Positions 28,045 to 38,001 of a DNA stretch of 64,000 nt are shown in pieces. The notes beneath the pieces were generated by a model, which was not told where the DNA came from, made no database searches, and worked only from the letters and a program-made list of their open reading frames with translations. The stretch is from an uncultured Actinomycetota bacterium (lineage in GTDB: Bacteria > Actinomycetota > Thermoleophilia > RBG-16-64-13): contig CAWBOK010000001.1 in the NCBI GenBank assembly GCA_963790415.1, positions 770,545 through 834,544 of the forward strand. Direction: 5' to 3'. The position numbers and the translations under genes are program-made. Position 1 is the stretch's first letter. Each line of letters begins with the position of its first letter.

Positions 28045-29991
28045 CTACCCCGCCACGGTCGCCGTCGCAGCCGCGCCCGCATCCGCGGTCAGGATGCCCC
28101 GCCGGACGAAATCGTCGCTCACGTAGCCCAGGCCCAACGAATCCAGCGTCGTCTTTCGTGGGAATGCCGTCGTTCGTCCACCCCTTGAACTCGTAGTAGG
28201 CGTCGAGCAGCTTCTCTTCGTTCTCCGGTTCCCGCTTCTTCCAATGGTCGGCGGGCGGCTTCTCGTCGACCCGCCGCATGCCCCTGCGGATGTTGAGGGC
28301 CCGTACCAGAGTTGCGGTTGCGTCGCCCGATCTCCCAGAGAGAGGTGTCGTCGAGATCGAACCCGGTCGCATGCGAGATGAACCCGGGCAGGTTGTAGAC
28401 GTGGTACGGCGGCCGGCCACCGAATTGACCCCTGAACGACGACAGGAACGCGCACGTGCCTATGGCGTCGTCGATGTAGTGCATGGTCTCGTTCCAGTCG
28501 GCGATGTTGACCGCCGCCTCAAAAGACTGGTGGGTGCGTGGTTCCCAATCCAGGTACCACTTCTTGAACTTCTCCGGAGCCGCGTCCCACCGGTCGACGA
28601 ACCGCTGTCTCTCTTCCTTGTCGGCGATGGGGATCTGGGGATACGACCCTTCGGTCTGGGTGATGTTCATCTTCTCGCCGGTGGCGTACATGAGGAAGTA
28701 CGGGTAGTTGACCGTGCCCAGCTTGATGGGCACCTGCTCGAACTTCTTCATGGTGTTGTGATCGAACGCCTCGGCGCCCTTGCCGATCTGGCGGGCAGCC
28801 CAGTAGACACCGTTCGCCAGGATGTCGCCGATGCCCTCCCGGCGAACGATCTTCTCGACCAGGTAGAAGAAACGCCCCGCCGTGTCGGGTGGGAATCCCG
28901 GCACGTCGTCGTCGGTGAGGATGCCGGCTTCGTACAACTCGACTGCGAAGGCGAGGAGCTGGGGCGTGGTGAACCCGTCAAGCCCGTATTCCTGGGTGAG
29001 GCTGAGCATGCTGTAGTTGAAGTCCAGTTCCTCATATGCCGCCATGGCATATGTCAGCTTGCTGTAGCACTTGAGCTGGAATATCTGGCGTCCCGGGTAG
29101 CGGATGCCGACATGGCAGTCCTTCGGACAGTTGTAGCAGCCCGTCCACCGCACCTCGTACTTGCGGGTGGTCTCCTCCCACTCCTTGGCGCGCTCCTCGG
29201 TCCATACACCCCTCACGCGATCGCGGGCGTTGCCCCAGGCGAAGTTGTCGACGTGCCACGTCTCGTCGTGCTCGTGCCGGAAGATGCACCCGCAGTCCGG
29301 GTTGTCGTAGATCTCCTTGTACTGCGCGTTGCAGATCTCGAAGAGCTCCGCGGGCCGAGCGACGTTGATGTCCTTCGTGCCTCGAACGGCGATCGCCTTC
29401 AGCCGTTTGTCGCCCATGATCACACCGACGCCCCGGGAGGCGCTGGAGTTGGAGTGCTCGATGGAAGACATGTAGACGCGGTTCTCGCCGGCCAGGCCGA
29501 TGGCCGCCACCTGGGCCTCGGGCTGCTTCAACTCCTCCTTGATCAGCGCGCCGGTCTCTATCGCGCCCTTGCCCCGGAGATGCGTGGCGTCACGGATCTC
29601 TATCTTGTCGTTGTGGATCCACAGATAGACCAGATCGTCCGCCTTACCGCGGATCACGATCTTGTCGAAGCCGGCATGCTTGAGTTCCGGCCCGAAGAAT
29701 CCGCCGAAGATGGAATGCGAATACAGGTTGGTCTGCGGCAGAGAAGGTGTCGACACAGGTACGATTGGCGCCGGGGACGGGCGTGCCATGCAGGATACCC
29801 GTGCTGAAGATGAGCAGATTGTCGGGCGAGAAGGGTTCGACGTCGGGGCCGACCCTGTCCCACAGTATCTTCGCGGCCGTGCCCTGGCCCCCCAAGTGCA
29901 GCGCGGTCAACCTCGGGTCGGTCTCTACCCTCTCGAGGCTTCCTCGGGACAGATCGACCTCCAGGTTGAACCCTGTCTCTGCGTACCTCAT
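28045..29991 (-). pseudogene. bamB: tungsten-pterin aldehyde:ferredoxin-oxidoreductase-family subunit (BamB-like), three frame disruptions
   Basis: ATG at 29991. MRYAETGFNLEVDLSRGSLERVETDPRL...GTPVPGANRTCVDTFS / PQTNLYSHSIFGGFFGPELKHAGFDKIVIRGK...(about 520 aa).../ TLVRALNIRRGMRRVDEKPPADHWKK...GWTNDGIPTK / TTLDSLGLGYVSDDFVRRGIL. +1 shifts near 29743, 28311 and 28153. N- and C-terminal strings closely resemble BamB as I recall it. Confidence 0.8.
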
Positions 29992-30013
29992 ATGCTTTCC
30001 CCTTCGAGATCAC

Positions 30014-30039
30014 CTGCTGAACACGAGGATCTGCTGAAC
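30014..30039 (-). promoter_or_regulatory. direct repeats in the bamB leader
   Basis: CTGCTGAAC at 30014-30022 and 30031-30039 on the plus strand (GTTCAGCAG on the coding strand), 23-48 nt upstream of the bamB ATG. An AT-rich tract lies at 30071-30099. Confidence 0.3.
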
Positions 30040-30136
30040 CGCACTGACGGACCCTCGGCGAGACCGTTCCGATAATTAACTGACTGACCAACCAATAACG
30101 CGAGCAGCGTACCACACCGACCGACGAGGCGCCAGC

Positions 30137-30165
30137 AGGTTGTTGAAGAATGGGGCTCCGCCGCC
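30137..30165. repeat. partial copy of the dispersed repeat (right-end variant)
   Basis: AGGTTGTTGAAGAATGGGGCTCCGCC versus the reverse complement of 39981-40005, AGGCTGTTGAAGAATGGCGCTTCGCC (22/26 by hand count). Confidence 0.4.
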
Positions 30166-30210
30166 GGGCTACGCTGGGTATGCGCAGGCGCGAGGGCACC
30201 GCGGCGTGCG

Positions 30211-32135
30211 CTACGGCAGCGCCGCCTTGTAGTCGGCGAACTGCTGCCGGAATCGATCGCGGGCCTTGCGACCCTCGTCGAAGTAGGGGTGACTCGTTTC
30301 TACGTTGCCCGAACTCCCCATGGCGTCGACGCCCTTCATGGTCTGGTCGATGCGGTATTGCATGGAGTCGGCCGCCTGGAAGATGAACTCGTGGGCCCGC
30401 TGGAACGAGGGCGGCACCGGTCTCCTACCGAGATCGCTCCGCGCCGCCTGGATGTCGTCGTACAAGGTCTGAAGCTCGCGGTTGACCGATGCCGGCACGC
30501 TCGGCGCGGTAGCGTTGATCTGGTCGGCGAGCACGGGGATGCGGTTGTCGGACCGTGTGAGGATGGCGTCCAGCGCGGTCAGCGCCGCTTGGTACGCGGC
30601 CGGATCGAGCGTGGTGGTGGTCAGCGAGGTCGCGGTGGTGCTGGTCGAGCCGCCGGAGTCGAACCCTGGGATCGTGACGGTGGTGCCGGTGCCCGGCAGG
30701 GTGGTCACCGTCGTCGTCAGGGTGCCGTCCGGGGGCATGGTCGTCTGGACGATCACGTCGGTCGTCTGGGTGTTGTTGTCGTCGGGCCCATTCGACGACG
30801 TGAGGTACAGCGCCGCCGCGGTCCCGCCTCCCACGAGGACCACCACGGCGGCGACTATGCCGATGATCAGGCCTCTCTTCCCGCGCGGCCTTCTCTCGCG
30901 GCGGCGCGTCGGCGATATATCCCGGCGGCGGGCTCCAGAACGCGCCCGAGGGTTGTGCAGGCGGCCCCGGTCCGCCCGAACCCACAGCGGGTGTGACGGG
31001 TCCAGGGCCTGACGCGGACGCTCCTGTTGGCGGCGGCTGCGAGCGCCGCCGCCGCGCGGGCCTCCACCCGGGTGGAATCGAGGCTTTCCAGCCGAGTCGA
31101 TCCGGCATCGGCAAGGGGGGGCACGACGGTCTTTCGTCCCGGTGCGAACGCCTCCGTGAGGGCCCGGGCAAGGTCTCCGGCCCGCTCGTAGCGCTTGCCA
31201 GGGTCTTTGGCGAGCGCGGTGTCGAGCACCGCTTCGACCGCCGGCGACACGTCGGGGTTCAACAGGTGCGCCATGGGGACGGGTGAGGAGAGGTGCTGCA
31301 CGATCACCGACACTGGGGTCTCGCCCTCGAAGGGCACTCGACCGATGACCACTTCGAAGAGCACCACGCCCAAGGAGTAGATGTCCGACCGCCCGTCGGC
31401 AGGGAGTCCCTGCGCCTGTTCGGGCGACATGTAGTGCACGGAGCCTATCACCAGGCCCGGGCTCGTAAACGATGTCGCGCCGGTGATCTTGGCGATGCCG
31501 TAGTCGGTGATCACCGGCACATGGTCGCTCGTGAGCATGATGTTGGCCGGTTTGATGTCCCGGTGGATCATCCCCTGCCCGTGAGCGTAGTCGAGCGCCG
31601 AGCACAGCGGCGTGAACAGGCGAACGATCTCTTCGGAGCTGACGCGCCGGCCTTGGTCGTGCAGCTCGGTGAGATAGGTGCTGAGCGACGGCCCGTCGAT
31701 GTACTCGAGGACCATATAGTACAAGTCGCCCTGGTTGTCGAAATCGAGCACCCGGACGATATTGGGATGCCGCAGTGCAGAGACGGCGTGGGCCTCCCGG
31801 CGGAAGCGCCCCACGAAGGTGGGGTCGCCGGCGAGGTGCGGATGGAGCACTTTGATGGCCACCGTCGTGCCCAGGCCGGGGTGCTCGGCCCGGTAGACAG
31901 TCGCCATCCCCCCGCGACCGATGAGCTCGATGATCTCGTACTTGCCCAGCCTTCGTCCGACCATCTCCTCGCCGACGTGAGGAGCCTCGGCGTCCATCGA
32001 GTCTGGCGCCGGAGCGGCTTGCGAAGCAGGGGCCTCCGCGACCACCGGCGGCGGGGCCACGGCCGCTCCGCAGTACTTGCAGAAGACCTTGCCTTCGTCC
32101 AGCGCCTTGCCGCACTGCAGACAGTCCACGGTCAC
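30211..32135 (-). pseudogene. zinc-ribbon Ser/Thr protein kinase with TM and extracellular domain, frame-disrupted linker
   Basis: CLQCGKALDEGKVFCKYCG followed by a Hanks kinase domain (GRGGMATVY, AIKVL, HRDIKPANIML, DYGIAK, SPEQ) in the frame of ORF 30867..32135. The Pro-rich linker and the TM/ectodomain (GLIIGIVAAVVVLVGGG...) lie in successive +1 frames (shifts near 31035 and 30905). Confidence 0.75.
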
Positions 32136-32305
32136 GTCCCTCTGGGTCGTCGCGGGCAGAGGTCAGGTGATGGTGTCGGTGCCGATCCCCTCATACCAAA
32201 GCCTAGTGTACGCGGGTCGCCCGCGCAAGGAAACAAGTCTTCGGATCCCCGTGGTAGTCTCCCGAGTCAACCGACGGCAATCAACACATGGCTTTCTCCG
32301 ACCCG

Positions 32306-33034
32306 TCATCCGTGCGCGATGTTGATGGCACGCGCGACGAGCATGGCCGCGATGCCGAACGAGAGCAGGCTCTCGGTCCCCATCACGAGCTTAGCCCGCT
32401 TCGTGTAGGGCATCGTGTCGGTGGGCGAGAACGCGATCGCGCTGGTGAGCGACACGAATAGATAGTCGGGGAAGGTGGGTTTCCAGTCGGCCGCCGCGAG
32501 TCCCTGCTGGTCCTCTTGTTGCTGGGGAAAGACGAGGTCGGGGTAGGCCTGGCATGCGTCGGCGCGGGCCTCAGGTCCGCCGCCGTCGAGTTCCCAGTAT
32601 GCGAGGGCAAAGACGGCCACATTGACGACCCAGAGCGCAGCGCCCGCAAACAGCAGGCCCGGCGGGCTGAGCCGTGACCCGATGAAGACCCCGCGCACGA
32701 GCAGCACGAGGCTGACCACGTTAGCGATGACGAGCACGGCCACCAGCCCGAGGGAGAGCACGCGCAAGGCTCTTTCCGGCTCGGACCGAGACGGTATGTA
32801 GACAGCCACCGAGGCCAGCAGAAGGATCCCGGCTACGGTCGGATACAGCCAGACCGGCCGCAACGACAGGCTGGTCGCCACCCACGTCTGGCCCGCGATG
32901 ATGATGACCACCGCCGCGAACGCCGGCCACCGGGATTCTGGTTCGGTGACACGTTGCCACGACGGCACAGCAGCGCCTGCGGGCCCTCTCACCCGTGGGT
33001 CGTTCGCGCCGTCATGATGCGGCCTATCGGCCAT
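32306..33034 (-). CDS. DUF1345-family membrane protein
   Basis: 242 aa with 5-6 TM segments. FALAYWELDGGGP...FPDYLFVSLTSAIAFSPTDT motif. Confidence 0.7.
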   Translation of the reverse strand: MADRPHHDGANDPRVRGPAGAAVPSWQRVTEPESRWPAFAAVVIIIAGQTWVATSLSLRPVWLYPTVAGILLLASVAVYIPSRSEPERALRVLSLGLVAVLVIANVVSLVLLVRGVFIGSRLSPPGLLFAGAALWVVNVAVFALAYWELDGGGPEARADACQAYPDLVFPQQQEDQQGLAAADWKPTFPDYLFVSLTSAIAFSPTDTMPYTKRAKLVMGTESLLSFGIAAMLVARAINIAHG

Positions 33035-33313
33035 CAGCTATCAGACGTGGGCGGTTCATCAGCGCTCCTTGGAGATAGGCAGACCCTATATGTCGGCCAC
33101 CCGACGGTCAACCCCGCCCTCAACGCCCGCCTCGCGGGCCTCTCCCTCCCGGCCGCGCTACGTCGGTGACCCCGACTCGTTGCGCTGCGTCGACCGCCCC
33201 TACTCGTTGACCTGAGGTTCTTCACTCGGTATCGTGCAGATCCATTGACGATGTGCCCGATTCCTCTGGAACGCCGGACCCCGGCAGAAGCACGACCACC
33301 ATGGAGGTACGCG

Positions 33314-33775
33314 ATGCGCCGCGTATGTGCCGACGACGCCGTCGAGATCCCCGGACCCCTGTCGCGGGTGTGGCAGGCGGTGAGCGATTTCGCCGCCTAT
33401 CCCCGCTGGTGGCCGTCGTCGGCCCACCTGACCGTTCGCCGAGTCACGCCGGATCTCGTGGGCTCCACCTTCGAGATCAAGCCATACGGAGGGAAGGCGT
33501 TCACGGTGGAAGTGGTCGGGGTCGAGCCGGGCTCGGCTCTGCACATGACCTACAGCGGCATCTACCGCGGCACCGGGAAATGGAAGGTCGCCGCGTCGAA
33601 CGACGGCAATTCCCTCATCAACTACCGCATCGACCTCGAGATCACCGACCGCTCGACAGCCCTGCTCTCCTACGTGCTTCCGGTCTCGCGTATCCATTCC
33701 CGCCTGATGCGCCAGGTGTTCGAAGGTCTACAGAACCAGCTCGCCTCCGACGCAGAGTCCACGCCGCCCGCCTGA
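33314..33775 (+). CDS. SRPBCC (START/polyketide-cyclase-like) family protein
   Basis: MRRVCADDAVEIPGPLSRVWQAVSDFAAYPRWWP... is a typical SRPBCC N-terminus. Confidence 0.65.
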   Translation: MRRVCADDAVEIPGPLSRVWQAVSDFAAYPRWWPSSAHLTVRRVTPDLVGSTFEIKPYGGKAFTVEVVGVEPGSALHMTYSGIYRGTGKWKVAASNDGNSLINYRIDLEITDRSTALLSYVLPVSRIHSRLMRQVFEGLQNQLASDAESTPPA

Positions 33776-34014
33776 CAGCGGGGGCGGCCGGTCCGCGCCG
33801 GCACTGGCGCTCTTCCAAGTCGAGCCACCACTTGCCGTCGTAGCGCGGTTTCCCATAGCCTGTAGCAACCTGCTCGAGCACCCGGACCCTTCGCACCGGG
33901 TTTGAAGCAGGTACACGGACGAAAGAATAGAGCAGGCAACCGTGTCGTGCAGCGCGGCGTTGCGCGCCGGCCGGGATGTTCACGTCACGTCGAGGCACGA
34001 GGAGGCACAGGTTC

Positions 34015-35520
34015 ATGAGCACCATATGGGAGGACTTCACGAACGCGCTGGGCAGTACGATCCCGCACATCATCGCGGCGGTCGCGATCCTGCTGATCGG
34101 CTGGTTGATCGCGTGGGTGGTGGCATCGGCCGTGCGCGGGGTCGTCAAGCGCACCGGCCTCGGAGAGCGCTTGGCCGGGCACGTGCGCGACCAGGACAAG
34201 GATCGCGTGGCCACCGTGGAGAACGGATTCTTCAAGGTCACCTTCTGGGTGATCATGATCTTCGTGATCGTCTCGGCCCTCGAGGCCCTTCGGCTGACCG
34301 TGGTCGCCGGACCGCTCAGCAGCATGCTCACCCAGTTCACGAACTACCTGCCGCGACTGCTCGGTGCCGGCGTCCTCATCGTCGTCGCCTGGCTGATCGC
34401 GACGCTCGTGCGCATGCTGGTGGCCAAGGTTCTCGGAGCGACGAGCGTGGACAAGCAGGTCGGCGGGCACGTGGCCGGTACGGACGACGCGAAACCGGTC
34501 CCGCTCAGCGCCACGCTGGCGGAGGTGGCCTACTGGTTGGTGTTCCTGCTGTTCCTCCCGGCGGTCGTGGGAGCCCTCGGTCTCACGGGACTGCTGCTCC
34601 CGGTTACCGCGTTGGTGAACAAGATCCTTGCCTTCCTGCCCAACCTCCTCGCCGCCGGCGTCATCGCGCTGGTCGTCTGGTTCGTGGCCCACATCGCGCG
34701 GCGCATCGTGGTGAGCCTGCTGGTCGCCGTGGGGCTGGATCGGCTGGGCGAGCGCATCGGCGTTGCCAAAGCCCTCGGGAAGCAGACGCTGTCGGGCCTG
34801 GTCGGGCTGGTGGTCTACGCGCTGATCGTCATCCCGGGTGTCGTGGCCGTCCTTGACGCCCTGAACCTCCAGGCTGTCGCGATACCGGTCAGCCAGATGC
34901 TGGGTAGCATCCTGGCGTCGATCCCGCTCCTCGTGGCGGCCGCCCTCGCGCTGGTGATCGCCTACTTTGTGGGCCGTCTGGTCGGGGATCTGGTGAAGAA
35001 CCTGCTGGCCGCGGTGGGCTTCAACGCCGTGCTGGCCAAGCTGGGCATCGGCAAGGAACAGACCGAGGGTGGGTGGACGCCGGCAGCGCTCGTCGGCAAC
35101 ATCGTGATGGTGGTGATCGTCCTCTTCGGTCTCATCGAGGCCTTCACTCTGCTGCGCTTCCCGGCGCTGGTCGACATCACCGTGCGCTCCATGGTCTTTG
35201 CAGCTCACATCTTGGTCGGATTGGTGATCTTCGGCATCGGCCTCTTCCTGGCCGACGTGATCGTGCGGGCCATCAGGGCGTCCAGTGTCGCCCACGCAAG
35301 TCTCCTCTCCCTCTTCGCGCGGATCGCCATCCTGTTGCTGGCGGGCGCCATGGCTCTGCAGCAGATGGGGTTGGCGAACAGCATCATAGTGGTGGGCTTC
35401 GCCCTGTTGCTGGGCTCCGTGTCCGTGGCCGCCGCGATCGCCTTCGGGGTGGGTGGCCGCGAGGTCGCGGGCAGAGAGCTCGCGAACTGGGTGGACACTA
35501 TCAAGTCGAAGAAAGAGTAG
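34015..35520 (+). CDS. multi-pass membrane protein with 'conserved TM helix' repeats (MscS-N-terminal-like)
   Basis: ATG at 34015 after GGAGG. Repeated pattern of helix plus short amphipathic linker (IAAVAILLIGWLIAWVVASAVRGVV, LLGAGVLIVVAWLIATLVRMLVAKVL, ...). Confidence 0.6.
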   Translation: MSTIWEDFTNALGSTIPHIIAAVAILLIGWLIAWVVASAVRGVVKRTGLGERLAGHVRDQDKDRVATVENGFFKVTFWVIMIFVIVSALEALRLTVVAGPLSSMLTQFTNYLPRLLGAGVLIVVAWLIATLVRMLVAKVLGATSVDKQVGGHVAGTDDAKPVPLSATLAEVAYWLVFLLFLPAVVGALGLTGLLLPVTALVNKILAFLPNLLAAGVIALVVWFVAHIARRIVVSLLVAVGLDRLGERIGVAKALGKQTLSGLVGLVVYALIVIPGVVAVLDALNLQAVAIPVSQMLGSILASIPLLVAAALALVIAYFVGRLVGDLVKNLLAAVGFNAVLAKLGIGKEQTEGGWTPAALVGNIVMVVIVLFGLIEAFTLLRFPALVDITVRSMVFAAHILVGLVIFGIGLFLADVIVRAIRASSVAHASLLSLFARIAILLLAGAMALQQMGLANSIIVVGFALLLGSVSVAAAIAFGVGGREVAGRELANWVDTIKSKKE

Positions 35521-35528
35521 GAGAATCA

Positions 35529-35567
35529 GGGTAGCGGTCGGGGCGACTTCGGCCCCGACCGCTACCC
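35529..35567. terminator. bidirectional terminator hairpin
   Basis: Perfect 16-bp stem GGGTAGCGGTCGGGGC/GCCCCGACCGCTACCC with a 7-nt loop, between convergent genes. Confidence 0.8.
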
Positions 35568-35620
35568 ATGTCCTGTAGATGCGGATCGCCAACACCGGCG
35601 CGCGACCAACCCGCGCGCTC

Positions 35621-36937
35621 CTACACCAACGGAGCCTTTCCGGCCTCCCTCTTCCCGTTGGTCCTGGAAGCCGCTTCCGGCGACTGAGCGACAACACCGG
35701 CCTCCAGCGGCACACGCACCGGCGCCTGCTCGGCGGGCGACAAGGTGACGAAGGCGCCGAACTTCTCCAGCTCGTCCACCCTGCAGCTCCAGACCAGCCG
35801 TCCCTTGTATGGGAGGATGTCGGGGCAGCCGTCGCACATGCTCTGCCGACCGTCGGACATGATGTCGCAGGGTTGGATGATCGTCAGCGTCTGCATGCGC
35901 AGGGGGGCGAACCAGTCGCCCGGAGACTTGATGAGGTTCCAGAACACCCGCGCCACGCTCTTGTTGACCAGTGCCACCGGCAGCATGGCGCGTGCGTGGC
36001 GCATCAAACCCGGCCGTGAGTAGGCCAAGTACGAGCCGTACCAGCGGTGATGCAGTGTCTGCACCCGTTCCATCATCTTGGAGTCCCAACAGCCGAACAT
36101 GCGCCGCGAATTGCCCATCCGCACCCCGACGAGCCACTTGAACGCCGCCGGATCCTCGGTGCCGTTCAGGTAACCGCAGGGATCGAACTGAGGGTAGGCC
36201 CGCCGGATACGATCGACGGCTTCTTGGGCCAGGATGTCTTTGGAGGCCTGCTGGGTGTCCAGCTGATACACGAGTTCGCCTACGTCCACCTTCTCGCCGC
36301 GTACGTATCCGTCGAAGCTGGACGTTGGCTTCACCGAGCGAAAAAGGATGAAGACCATGGTGCTGACGATATCTATGTGTTCCTGAGCCCAATCCACCAG
36401 CATGGGGATCTGATCGAGCGTATCCGGGTAGACCGTGGCGTTGAACGAGCAGGCTATGCGGCCCTTCCCGAATTCCGCTACCGTCCGCGCCAGCCGGAGG
36501 CGCAGTTCGTTGAGGTCCTCTTCGGTCTTGTCGCGCCAGCCGGGACGGTCCTGGTGCGAATCGACGTGGAACGTGAAGGCGACCAACCCGGCGTCCAGCA
36601 GCTTGGTGACCAACTCGGGCGTGAGCGCTTGGCCGTTGGTGTTGAGGATGGGCTTCCATCCCTGTGACGAGATGTAGCTCACCAGTTCCACGATGTCCGG
36701 ATAGATCAGCGGTTCGCCGCCGGCGATGGAGATGCCGTCAGATGTGCGCAGCAGCTTGACCGTCTCGAGTTCCTCCATCACCGTCTGCAGCGGCTTGTGG
36801 CCGGCGGGATCGTTCTCCCGATAGCAGCCCTCGCAGTAGAGGTTGCACTTGGTGGTGGGTTCCAGCCAGGTTATGGCGTTGTCGGCCAGGTTCCACGGCA
36901 ATCGATACAGCGTACGGTGGTCTACCGTCGCAGACAC
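35621..36937 (-). CDS. radical SAM enzyme with large C-terminal extension
   Basis: GTG at 36937 after AAGGAAGGAGA. CNLYCEGC (CxxxCxxC) in LEPTTKCNLYCEGCYR, a GGEPL motif, and a C-terminal Cys-containing tail (QSMCDGCPD...WSCRVDE). Confidence 0.7.
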   Translation of the reverse strand: MSATVDHRTLYRLPWNLADNAITWLEPTTKCNLYCEGCYRENDPAGHKPLQTVMEELETVKLLRTSDGISIAGGEPLIYPDIVELVSYISSQGWKPILNTNGQALTPELVTKLLDAGLVAFTFHVDSHQDRPGWRDKTEEDLNELRLRLARTVAEFGKGRIACSFNATVYPDTLDQIPMLVDWAQEHIDIVSTMVFILFRSVKPTSSFDGYVRGEKVDVGELVYQLDTQQASKDILAQEAVDRIRRAYPQFDPCGYLNGTEDPAAFKWLVGVRMGNSRRMFGCWDSKMMERVQTLHHRWYGSYLAYSRPGLMRHARAMLPVALVNKSVARVFWNLIKSPGDWFAPLRMQTLTIIQPCDIMSDGRQSMCDGCPDILPYKGRLVWSCRVDELEKFGAFVTLSPAEQAPVRVPLEAGVVAQSPEAASRTNGKREAGKAPLV

Positions 36938-37055
36938 AGTTCTCCTTCCTTCAGGCCGGCGGATGGAAGAGGAAAGCCAGCCTCTGCAGGATACAGCACG
37001 GTTGCGAGGCAGGGCGAGGCCGTCCGCACAAGGTGTGCCAAGAACGCGGGTCGGC

Positions 37056-37995
37056 TCAGCGGTGCTCGAGGTCCTGGATCTTCCACCCGTTCTCGGTCGA
37101 TACCACACGGTAGCGCCAGGTGTCGGTGTCGTAGCGCCACTCCTCTGTCGTAAGCACCCAGAACGTGCCGTCGCCCACCGGCTCAACCCCGTCGATCGTG
37201 AACGAGAGGAAGTCGCCGTTGCTGTAGCCGGCACTGGCGGCGTCCAAAGCGAACGGTTCGATCGTCAACGCGTGGGCGTCGTCAGGGCGGTCCTCTTGGA
37301 TCGCGCGAAGAAAGTCCTCCACCACGTACCTGGCCTGTTCCTCGTCGGTTGCGGGCACGTCGGAGCCGCCCTGGAAGGGGGATGAATCCGTCACCACCCA
37401 CCCGCTGCCCTGCACCAGCGTGACCACGTACACGGTGGCCCACTCACTGTTGAGCGGGCCGGCCCAGTAGGTCTTGCTCTTCTGGCCGTCCTCGACCAGC
37501 TTGGTTATCCATCCCTCGGGCAGCTGTTTCGCGAGTGCTTCCGAGGCGGTGGGAGCGCCGCCGGAGCCCGCGGTGACCATGGTCGTGCCCGTCGCACCCG
37601 GTGTCGAGGTTGGCCTCGTCGATGTGACGGCCCGCGTGGTCGAAGTGGCGGCCAGGGTAGTCGACGATGACACGTCCTTCCCGTCTCCGCGAACAAAGAG
37701 AAGATAGCCGCCGACCGCGACGACAAGGACAACCGCCACGGCCGTCAGTACCACGATGAGGGCGATGGAGGCGCTCGACCGAGGTGGTTTCGCGCCTGGA
37801 GGGGCACCGGGGGATCTCCCCGTACCCGCCCAAGCGGGCGGGAGCGGTGGCACGGGATTGTATCCCGAGCGGCTGGGGAGCGTAGCCCTGCCCGGCGGAG
37901 GGCGGCGTCTGGCCGCTCTGTGCCACCGGTGTTCCACACCGCGCGCAGAACGCGGCGGACGCCGCGAGGGGAGTTCCGCAGGTGGAGCAGTTCAC
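37056..37995 (-). pseudogene. zinc-ribbon / TM / extracellular-domain protein, one frame disruption
   Basis: MNCSTCGTPLAASAAFCARCGTPV... in the frame of ORF 37444..37995. TM IALIVVLTAVAVVLVVAVGGYLLF and the ectodomain lie in the +1 frame (ORF 37056..37937). Shift near 37865. Confidence 0.55.
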
Positions 37996-38001
37996 AGCCC
38001 G

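Noticed and set aside
19842-29991. Programmed +1 ribosomal frameshifting as an explanation for the uniform +1 polarity
   Set aside because: The junctions I inspected share no slippery or hungry-codon motif. No zero-frame stop sits at the shift sites. Up to six shifts within 560 nt of one gene is implausible for a programmed mechanism.
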